Under the pieces are notes generated by a model. The model was not told the DNA's origin, did not search any database, and was given only the letters and a program-made list of their open reading frames with translations. From positions 448,001 through 512,000 of the forward strand of contig JBGASG010000002.1 in the NCBI GenBank assembly GCA_044229845.1: a DNA stretch of 64,000 nt. Direction: 5' to 3'. Position numbers and translations under genes: made by a program. The stretch is from Candidatus Obscuribacteraceae bacterium (GTDB lineage Bacteria; Cyanobacteriota; Vampirovibrionia; Obscuribacterales; Obscuribacteraceae). This document shows, in pieces, positions 56,418 to 64,000 of the stretch; position 1 is the first letter of the stretch, and every line of letters begins with the position of its first letter.

Positions 56418-56606
56418 GCAAGGCAGCCAGTTTTGAGTCCGGCGCCTGTCGCACGCCCGCCCGGCTGGCACCGTCGATTTGCAGTATGATGTGAACTTAG
56501 CGATCGACTTGACAACAGACTTCCCCTTAAAGTCCTGCGCGTTTTTGAACAAAAAGGTGTCGGAATTTGGTATCGTTCAGCAATTCCTTCTCAAGCAGCC
56601 GCAGGG

Positions 56607-58805
56607 ATGACCCCTAGATTAACAGCCCAGATTGCAGGCGCCCTGGCCGCCGCGGCTCTCATCTTTGCACCATATGCGGTGGCAGAGAGCCACTCCGTTG
56701 CACCAAAGCCTGAGGCGTCCGCCGCTCGCATCGCGGCTCCGGCCAAGATGGAAAAGTTTGCGCTGCTGGTCGGCATCGACAATTACAAAGACGTCAACAA
56801 GCTCGAAGGTTGCGTCAACGACGTCACAGAAATGAAACAGACGCTGGTGGATATCTATAAGTTTGCCGATGACGGCAAGCACATCAAGGTGCTCACCAAT
56901 GAGAAGGCTACCCGGGCGGCCATCCTCAATGCGTTCAAAGAGCATCTGATAGCCAATGCTAAAGCCCATCCGAATGCAGTGATCGTCTTTCAGTATTCCG
57001 GGCACGGGTCTCAAACCAAAGACACGAATCAAGACGAGCAAGACGGGCTGGACGAAACCTTCGTAGCCTACGACAGCCGCAGCACCGACTACGACCTCAA
57101 TGACGATGTAATCGGTGAACTTTGCGATGAATTGAGTGAGTACACCAACAATATCGTTTTCATCGTGGATGCCTGCCACTCCGGCACCGCGACGCGTGAT
57201 TTCGCCGCTCTCAAAGACGGTGGGTCCGTGCGCCAGGTGTCCATGGACGAACGACCTCAGCCCCCGCAGCCCAAGAATCAGCACAAGCCTGCTCTGGAGC
57301 AGAGCAGTGAGGTTTTGCCGCGCGGCAAGTACGTCACCTTCTCCGGATGCTTACCGAATGAACTGTCGCAAGAAGTGATACTGGTCATGAGGGACGGCAC
57401 AGAAAAACATCACGGACGGATGACCTTTCATTTGCTGGGAGCAATGCGCAAGCTTGGTCCAACCGCCTCCTACCGTCAGCTCTGGGAGCTGGTCGACAAA
57501 GAGGTAACCTCAGAGACTGCCCGTCAGCATCCACAAGTCGAAGGCGAGATCGACCGCATCGCGTTCAACTCTCCCATCGCCGCATCGGATCCTTATATGA
57601 CCATCCAAAAGATGGAAGGCGACGTGATCACCGTCAACGGTGGCAAAGTGCACGGCTTCGCCCCCGGCGGTGTGCTGGCAATCTACAAGCCCGAAGCACT
57701 GCGCCTGAGCGGCACAGCCAATCTGCTGGGCTCGGCCACGGTCGTGAAAGTCGACGACTTCTCCAGCCAGGCCAGACTTTCTTCGGCACTGAGCGCCGCC
57801 AATCTCAAAGATGCCAAAGTGGTTGTCGCCACGCGCGGCTTTGGCAACAATCCACTGCGCATCGCTGTCTCCGAAACCACCGCAGAGCCGCCGTCGACCA
57901 CTCAGCCGCGCGATGAGCACCGGATGTCCGAAGCAAGGCTATTGGGACAAGTAGCGACGGAGCTGCACAAGAATCCGATTTTGCAAGTCACCAATGCTGG
58001 TGCAGACCCACTGCAAGGCAAGACCGACACCTGGGACATCGCTCTGGTGGCACGCGTAAATCCCGACAATGGACGCACGCCGACCAGCGCTCCGGAAGTG
58101 GTTTCACTTCTCGCTCGCGACGGCTCGGTGATCGCCAACGTTCCGGTGCGCGGGCAACAAGCGGACGACGTCGACCGCATCATGCAGGTGCTGGAGTCCA
58201 GAGCTCGGCAGAGATCTGTGCTGGCTCTTTCCAATGCCACCTCTCCCCTGAACAACAGCTTTAAGGTCGTGATTTTCAAAATGGACGGCACAAGTGGTAC
58301 CGACGATTTCGATCACGGCAATCCGGTCATGCGCATCGGAGAGAGAATCAAGCTGCTGGTGAAAAACAATGCCACCAGAAGTCTTTATTTCACCATTCTG
58401 GCGCTTGGCTCCAGCGGCAGCATTGCTGTCATTCATCCGCCCAAAGGTGCACAAGAGCCGGTCACTGCCGGCACCCAGTTCAGCACCCGCCCGATTGTCA
58501 TCGGCGGTCCGCCCGGAACCGAGGCATTTAAATTCATCGTCACCACCAAGCCCACCGACTTTCGGTTTCTCGAACAGGGCGCTGTTTCCCTGACTCGCGA
58601 CTTAGGCGCGGATGAGGGTGACGAAAGCACGGTAAAATCGCTACTCCAGCAGTATGCCGTCGGCAGCACCAAGCGTGACCTGGTTTACAAGGAAACCACC
58701 CTCGACGACTGGGCGGCCGAAACGTTTCAGTTCAACATCAGAGAACCGGTAGCAGCGGTTCAGGCGACCGACTCAAAATCTATACTGGAAGCAAAAGACA
58801 AGTAA
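56607..58805 (+). CDS. Exported caspase-family (C14, metacaspase-like) protease with a C-terminal DUF4384-like domain
   Basis: Signal peptide, ALLVGIDNY..LEGCVND, YSGHG and DACHSG; C-terminal GERIKLLV..LYFTIL..GSIAVIHP. Confidence 0.9.
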   Translation: MTPRLTAQIAGALAAAALIFAPYAVAESHSVAPKPEASAARIAAPAKMEKFALLVGIDNYKDVNKLEGCVNDVTEMKQTLVDIYKFADDGKHIKVLTNEKATRAAILNAFKEHLIANAKAHPNAVIVFQYSGHGSQTKDTNQDEQDGLDETFVAYDSRSTDYDLNDDVIGELCDELSEYTNNIVFIVDACHSGTATRDFAALKDGGSVRQVSMDERPQPPQPKNQHKPALEQSSEVLPRGKYVTFSGCLPNELSQEVILVMRDGTEKHHGRMTFHLLGAMRKLGPTASYRQLWELVDKEVTSETARQHPQVEGEIDRIAFNSPIAASDPYMTIQKMEGDVITVNGGKVHGFAPGGVLAIYKPEALRLSGTANLLGSATVVKVDDFSSQARLSSALSAANLKDAKVVVATRGFGNNPLRIAVSETTAEPPSTTQPRDEHRMSEARLLGQVATELHKNPILQVTNAGADPLQGKTDTWDIALVARVNPDNGRTPTSAPEVVSLLARDGSVIANVPVRGQQADDVDRIMQVLESRARQRSVLALSNATSPLNNSFKVVIFKMDGTSGTDDFDHGNPVMRIGERIKLLVKNNATRSLYFTILALGSSGSIAVIHPPKGAQEPVTAGTQFSTRPIVIGGPPGTEAFKFIVTTKPTDFRFLEQGAVSLTRDLGADEGDESTVKSLLQQYAVGSTKRDLVYKETTLDDWAAETFQFNIREPVAAVQATDSKSILEAKDK

Positions 58806-58821
58806 ATTCGGAGGTAAGACA

Positions 58822-59673
58822 ATGCAACTCAGCAGAAGCTGGCAGATAAAAGGGGCACTGCTCATGGTGGCGTCCCTGGCGTCGCTTTCGCTACCGGCGA
58901 TGGCCGACAAGGACGCAGACAAAGGCACAGAGAAGAAGGATACTGGTGCTGCCACCACCACCCGTGAGGTGACGACCGGATCTGAGAAAAGCCTCATGGA
59001 CAAAGCCGATGCTGCCTTCGACTCCGGCGACATGAAGGGAGCAATCGACGGATACTCGCAAATCGTTGCAGCCAATCCGAAGAACGCTGACGCTCTGGCT
59101 AACCGCGGTCTGGCCAAATTCTACGAAAAGGATTATCTGGGTGCCATGGCTGACGCCAATGAAGCCATCAAGTATTCGCCGACCTGGGGTTATCCTTTCT
59201 ATGTACGCGGACGTTGCCAGCTCTCGCTCAACGACTACAAAAAAGCCACCGCCGAATTCACCAAGTGCCTGCAACTGCAAGACTTCAAGAATGCCTATCT
59301 CTATCGCGGTCAGGCCAACTACAAACTCAAAGACTACAGCCCGGCTCTGGCAGATCTCAATCAAGTGATCAACAAAGACGAGAAAAATTGGGACGCCTAT
59401 TACTGGCGTTACTGGGTTTACTCGGCAATTAAGAGCCTTGATGACGCGCGTCAAGACGCTGAAACGCTGGTAAAACTGCAACCCAAATGGGCAGATTCGT
59501 TCCGCTGCCTGGCTTACGTCAATGAAGATCAAGGCAAAGTGCCGGAAGCGATTACGGCCTACAAACAAGCCGCCGAGTTGTACAAAGCAGAAAACGACAC
59601 GGCTGACGAGCAAAAGATGCTGGAAAACATCGCTTATCTCGAGAAAGGTAAGAAGGAAGCATCCACCAAGTAA
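58822..59673 (+). CDS. Exported TPR protein
   Basis: GGAGG RBS, signal peptide and about six TPRs (ANRG.A, YVRG, YLYRG). Confidence 0.9.
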   Translation: MQLSRSWQIKGALLMVASLASLSLPAMADKDADKGTEKKDTGAATTTREVTTGSEKSLMDKADAAFDSGDMKGAIDGYSQIVAANPKNADALANRGLAKFYEKDYLGAMADANEAIKYSPTWGYPFYVRGRCQLSLNDYKKATAEFTKCLQLQDFKNAYLYRGQANYKLKDYSPALADLNQVINKDEKNWDAYYWRYWVYSAIKSLDDARQDAETLVKLQPKWADSFRCLAYVNEDQGKVPEAITAYKQAAELYKAENDTADEQKMLENIAYLEKGKKEASTK

Positions 59674-59744
59674 AATCAGCGCAACGCCCGTGGTGCAACA
59701 CACTGCGGGCGTTGTTTCTTTACCTACAAAGCCCTGAGGTACGC

Positions 59745-60611
59745 ATGCAAAATCGCAGCCGTTCGGTAATGACGACACTGTCAGCGGTGGCAATTCTGAC
59801 CATCTCGGTCGGCGCCGGGGCGGCTCCGGAGCAAACGAAAACCGCCAAACCGAGTCAAACGACTGCCGCCAAAGGCGGACAAGACCAGTCCAAGCCCAAA
59901 GACGCTCAGTCTGCAGCAAATGCCAACTTCGCCCGCGTGTCGGCCCTGGCCAATCAATACACCAATGGAAACCAGATGGCCGCAGGCATTGCCGAGATGA
60001 GCAAACGGCTGAAGGCGAATCCGCATGATGTCGACGCCTTGCTCTGCAAAGCATTGCTCGAGACTCGCAAACAGGATCGAGCGGCGGCGCTGGCGGATAT
60101 GAACCAGGCGATCAAACAGAAACCCAATCTTTATTATGCTTACCTACTGCGCTCGGTGGTGCAGGAGATGTCCGGCGACATGGACAAGGCGATTGCCGAT
60201 GCTACAAAAGCCTACGAAATCTCGCATTACGACGATGTTGTGCGCGCCCGCGGCGGCATTCAATACCGGGCCAAAAACTACAAAGCCGCAATCGCCGACC
60301 TCTCGAAAGGGCTGGACAAATACAAACCCGATTCCTCGCAGTCCTATCTCTATCTTTACCGGTGCCATTTGCAGCTTAAAGACTGGAAGAACGCTACCCA
60401 GGCCGCCCAGAGCCTGGTCGACATAAATCCCAGGGAAGCGGGACCCTACCAACTTCTCGGCGAAGCCGCCACTCTCTCCGGCGACAGAAAGACCGCCGCC
60501 GGCGCTTATCGGCGTGCTTCGCAGCTGTATCTCAATGAAGGCAACCTGAGCAGCTCGAATGAGATGATGAAGAAAGCCAATACCATGGACCAGAGTTCCA
60601 CGGCTAAGTAA
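59745..60611 (+). CDS. Exported TPR protein
   Basis: GAGG RBS, signal peptide and TPR repeats. Confidence 0.87.
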   Translation: MQNRSRSVMTTLSAVAILTISVGAGAAPEQTKTAKPSQTTAAKGGQDQSKPKDAQSAANANFARVSALANQYTNGNQMAAGIAEMSKRLKANPHDVDALLCKALLETRKQDRAAALADMNQAIKQKPNLYYAYLLRSVVQEMSGDMDKAIADATKAYEISHYDDVVRARGGIQYRAKNYKAAIADLSKGLDKYKPDSSQSYLYLYRCHLQLKDWKNATQAAQSLVDINPREAGPYQLLGEAATLSGDRKTAAGAYRRASQLYLNEGNLSSSNEMMKKANTMDQSSTAK

Positions 60612-60628
60612 AACAGCGTGCAACCCGT

Positions 60629-61060
60629 TTATTCAGCTATCGGACTTTCGCCCTCTACTCTGATCGCCGGCGGTGGATCGAGCGCGGGCGCAGGCTTTTC
60701 TTTGTGGCGCACCGGCGACTTACCCCAGTCTTCCGTACACCAGAGCAGAAGGTAGACGAGCACAAATTGCAGGGGCAACCGCATCCAGAGTAGGGTCGGC
60801 GAAATCTGCGGAAACTTGCCGGCGCTGGCAGCCATATAAATGTTGACAGGGAAAACCAGGACCAGAAGCACAATCAGGCAGAGAGCGGCGGTGCGCGCCA
60901 CCGGAAATGGTGCGCTGAGCGCCAGACCACCGGCGATTTCCAGGGCGCCGCTGACGTTAATCAACACGCTGTGCCAGGGTAGCCATGGAGGCATGATCTC
61001 TTCGTACACATGCGGCTTCATGAAGTGCATGGCGCCGGCAACAACGAAGAAGATTGCCAT
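60629..61060 (-). CDS. DoxX-like membrane protein
   Basis: AGAMHF..P..YEEIMPPWLP, SGALEI, VFPVNIYMA and RLPLQ. Confidence 0.88.
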   Translation of the reverse strand: MAIFFVVAGAMHFMKPHVYEEIMPPWLPWHSVLINVSGALEIAGGLALSAPFPVARTAALCLIVLLVLVFPVNIYMAASAGKFPQISPTLLWMRLPLQFVLVYLLLWCTEDWGKSPVRHKEKPAPALDPPPAIRVEGESPIAE

Positions 61061-61185
61061 AAAGATCCGCAGTATTTTTCTGGATGCCAGTTACCCGCCC
61101 TCTCACATGCTTTTTCCATTCTACACCTTGGGAAAAGGCAGCCCGTCAGACACATGCTTTGAAGGAAATCGTCGATGGCTGTAGA

Positions 61186-62301
61186 ATGTCTGTGATCGAC
61201 TCACAACCCCCAAACATGCCAAGCAAAGCCGAATTGCAAGAGCAACTGGCTGCCCTCTCGTTGAATGAGGCAGAACGTCCGCTCGACCTGGTGCCGGTGC
61301 TGGAGCAACTGGCCGCCCTCTGCCACCGCGCCGGCGAATATGACGAAGCGCAGGCTTACTACGAGAAGATTCTGTCCATTCGTCAGGCATCCTGGACCTG
61401 TGCATCAAATACAATCGCGTTGATCAAGGTCAGCCACAGCCTGGGATTGCTGCACCGTATCAAAGAGTCCTTTGCCGACGCCGAGCCGCATTACCAAAGG
61501 GCTCTCGAGCTTTCCAACACTCATCACGGCATCAAACATCCAGAGACTGTATTGCGAAGAAACTATCTCGCCGGTCTCTACTTTGCCTCGACAAAGTATG
61601 CTGAGGCGGAACACCTGCTCAAGACCAGTCTCGCGTTTTACGAAGAGACGCAGGGCAAAGATCATGAGGTGACCGCGGTTTGCCTGTACGCACTGGCTCT
61701 GGTGGCACGACGTTCCGACAACTTAGCATCAGATAACTACTTCAAACGTTCGGTCAATCTGATGAAAACGGACATCACGCGCCTATGTATGGATCAGCCG
61801 CACGACCTGTTTCTTGCCCTCATGCATCTGTCTCACGAACGCTTTTCCGAAGAGCGCTTCGATGAAGCCGAAGAACTTTTCCGTCACTCGCTTTTGATGG
61901 AACTGGAAGAGATCTGGCCGGAACATCCCCTGGTGGCTGACAGCTATCAGTTGCTCGGAGACATCTACCGCTCATTTGCCATGCGCGAGCAGGCAGAATA
62001 TTTCTATCGCAACGCACTGAGAATCCGCGAGCAAGTCTATGGACAGGTCCATCTAAAGGTCGGGGCCAGCGCTCACGCCCTGGGAGCATTCCTGTGCGAC
62101 GCCGAACGGTATCAAGAAGCCGAGCCTCTATTAAAGACGGCCTGCGAGATTCACCGCAAAGGTGCCTTTCCGCCGATCCTGGCTAACTCGCTCAAAGCAT
62201 ATTCCCTGGCTTTGAAAAATCTGGACCGCCAGGCTGAATCTGCCGAAGTTGCCGCCGAGGCAGATTCGATATTTCAACAGCACGGTTACGCTCGCGCCTG
62301 A
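61186..62301 (+). CDS. Cytoplasmic TPR protein (kinesin-light-chain-type repeats)
   Basis: AEPHYQRAL, HGIKHPET, EHPLVA and YGQVHLKV. Confidence 0.88.
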   Translation: MSVIDSQPPNMPSKAELQEQLAALSLNEAERPLDLVPVLEQLAALCHRAGEYDEAQAYYEKILSIRQASWTCASNTIALIKVSHSLGLLHRIKESFADAEPHYQRALELSNTHHGIKHPETVLRRNYLAGLYFASTKYAEAEHLLKTSLAFYEETQGKDHEVTAVCLYALALVARRSDNLASDNYFKRSVNLMKTDITRLCMDQPHDLFLALMHLSHERFSEERFDEAEELFRHSLLMELEEIWPEHPLVADSYQLLGDIYRSFAMREQAEYFYRNALRIREQVYGQVHLKVGASAHALGAFLCDAERYQEAEPLLKTACEIHRKGAFPPILANSLKAYSLALKNLDRQAESAEVAAEADSIFQQHGYARA

Positions 62302-63614
62302 CGCAGCTTGGTTTGCGCTTCGAGATAGCCGGCTTCGACAGCTTGGACAAACCACCTTTGCGCTTGTTGCATATCCTGGTTAACCTGTTCACCGCGTTCG
62401 TACATGCATCCCAGGTAATACATAGACTCGCCGTCGCCTTGTGCTGCTGACTGGTCTAACCAGTAGCGGGCATTCTTTTCGCCATAATGGCTGGCTTCCT
62501 TGCGCAGGTACATAAGCGCGAGCAGACGCTGTCCTTCGCTGCAACCGGCTTCAGCCGCTTTCAAAAACCAGTCATAAGCCTGCTTTGGGTCAGGGTGCTG
62601 GGATGCTTCGTAGTAAAACTTGCCCATCAGCGTCATAGCGTAACGAACATCACTCATCGCCGCCTGGTGCGTCCAGTGAAAAAACTTACGCTCGTCCGGC
62701 CTGATTGAGCCCGCCCCCGGGAAATAGAAAAGACCGAGATGAAACTGGGCGCCCGTGTGGCCCTGGTCGGCCGCTGCCAGGTAATACTTTTCGGCTTTGT
62801 CGTAGTTCGCTTCGACTTGCTTGCCGTCTTCGTACAGACAGGCGAGCCTGAACTGTGCTTCGGCGTTTCCTTGCCTGGCTGTTTTTACGCACCAGTCCAC
62901 CTGTTCTTGACTCAACTCTTCCCCGACCGCGGGTAGATCGATTTCAGGCTGGCGCTCTTTCTCGGACCTGGCGTATTGCTTTTCGCACTTGCCGAGAATC
63001 GACTTAATGATGGTTGTCACCCAGAGCCGTTTCGCACGCAAACTGAAGTTGATGAACGGCGAATACGCTCGCTCTCTGATCAGCAATAATTTCGTCTTGT
63101 AATCCAGATCCAGAATCTCGCGTGTGGCATCCGGCAAGAACACCAGATTGATGTCGGTACTGTCGTCTTCCTGGCGAGTCAGATAAATCGTCAGCTCCAG
63201 ATAGGCAAAATTGGTGAAGCCATCGCTGAAGCCGACGTCGACCGCCACCGATCCGCTGGACACTCGATACTCAAAATGCATGTCACTTTCCCAGTCGCCG
63301 TCGAAACCATGTGTTGCGACATCGGATTTATCGAAGAGGTCGTTGTAGAGCGCGCTGTCGATTTTCCAGAGCGGAGCGACTACATTGATGGTGCGCGGAA
63401 AAACATGCGAATGTTCCAGGCGCGCCACCACCCGTGATGTCACCTCTTCGACCAACTGGGCAGTGATAAGCGCCAGCACCGCACTGACTGCAAATTTGAT
63501 CAGGTCGGCCACCATGCCCGAGGTCGGGTAGAGACAATACAACCAGACCGCTGCGAAGAAGACCACGATCCGCAGAATATAATGCGAAAACTGCTGGGCA
63601 AGATCAAGGTTCAT
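62286..63614 (-). CDS. Sel1-repeat protein with N-terminal TM helices
   Basis: GNAEAQFRLACLYEDG, GHTGAQFHLG and GDGESMYYLGCMYERG. Confidence 0.9.
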   Translation of the reverse strand: MNLDLAQQFSHYILRIVVFFAAVWLYCLYPTSGMVADLIKFAVSAVLALITAQLVEEVTSRVVARLEHSHVFPRTINVVAPLWKIDSALYNDLFDKSDVATHGFDGDWESDMHFEYRVSSGSVAVDVGFSDGFTNFAYLELTIYLTRQEDDSTDINLVFLPDATREILDLDYKTKLLLIRERAYSPFINFSLRAKRLWVTTIIKSILGKCEKQYARSEKERQPEIDLPAVGEELSQEQVDWCVKTARQGNAEAQFRLACLYEDGKQVEANYDKAEKYYLAAADQGHTGAQFHLGLFYFPGAGSIRPDERKFFHWTHQAAMSDVRYAMTLMGKFYYEASQHPDPKQAYDWFLKAAEAGCSEGQRLLALMYLRKEASHYGEKNARYWLDQSAAQGDGESMYYLGCMYERGEQVNQDMQQAQRWFVQAVEAGYLEAQTKLRQARA

Positions 63615-63616
63615 GA

Positions 63617-64000
63617 TCAGGTTTTGGCGACAGCCAATTCTTTTTGAGCTTGCTCAGTCAGAGCACGCCTGGCTGCTTCTACTTCCAGTCGCGAATATTC
63701 ACGGCTCAGGCGCCATCCGGAATAGGCCCAGGCAAGCGCACAAGCGCCGCCGGCGGCCATCACCCCGGCCGTGCCCAGATGCCAAACTGAGTAGACCAGA
63801 AAAATCAAAATGCCCGCCGCTCCGCGCGCGAAGCGATAGCAGAACATTTCGATCACCGGCTTGACGGTATAAAGTACATTGCGGGATGTGACCGTGTAAG
63901 TCAGTTCTTTGGCGGCTTTGAACCAGGCGTGCCGGATGCCTTCATCGATATGGAATACCGACATGATAATCACGGGATTGGGAAAAATGGCAAACATCGC
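63617..64000 (-). CDS. C-terminal part of a TLC/NTT (ATP:ADP antiporter-like) MFS transporter, truncated by the window edge
   Basis: IRHAWFKAAKELTY...YTVKPVIEMFCYRFARG resembles the TLC-family C-terminal motif, followed by two TM helices. Confidence 0.65.
   Translation of the reverse strand, partial: AMFAIFPNPVIIMSVFHIDEGIRHAWFKAAKELTYTVTSRNVLYTVKPVIEMFCYRFARGAAGILIFLVYSVWHLGTAGVMAAGGACALAWAYSGWRLSREYSRLEVEAARRALTEQAQKELAVAKT

Overview
A bacterial chromosomal window of moderately high GC (by eye). It has about 50 genes and one tRNA-Lys(TTT); I found no rRNA, CRISPR array, transposase or integrase. The gene styles suggest a non-photosynthetic relative of Cyanobacteria (Vampirovibrionia/Obscuribacterales-like): a Hanks kinase with GSPLYMSPE, MshEN-repeat and TPR-rich proteins, and a cyanobacterial/plastid-type conserved membrane protein. 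That assignment is inference only. The left two-thirds is mostly catabolic. It holds a reductive pyrimidine-degradation operon (aminotransferase, beta-ureidopropionase, preT, preA, but no dihydropyrimidinase), proline dehydrogenase, lipA divergent from an E1a/E1b/E2/E3 2-oxoacid dehydrogenase operon, mmsA, a desaturase, a patatin-GDH-OPT operon, asnS and sdaA. Unusual proteins are interspersed: a serpin with a proline-blocked hinge fused to a Trp-repeat disordered tail, two tandem ClpX-zinc-finger paralogues, two tandem exported thioredoxins and a stand-alone AbiTii-like gene. The right third (45-64 kb) is rich in uncharacterised and proteolysis-related genes: an esterase with a membrane-insertion-like N-terminus, a cryptic papain-fold protease with a partner gene, a Pro/Gly/Tyr/Cys repeat protein, a triple-MshEN protein, an exported TPR/double-retropepsin, an exported metacaspase with two exported TPR proteins, TPR/Sel1 proteins and a truncated ATP/ADP-translocase-like transporter. 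Non-coding oddities are a 19-bp tandem repeat bridging two stop codons and three copies of a 15-bp TTGCC-N5-GGCAA palindrome. All family calls come from motif recognition by eye, not database searches.
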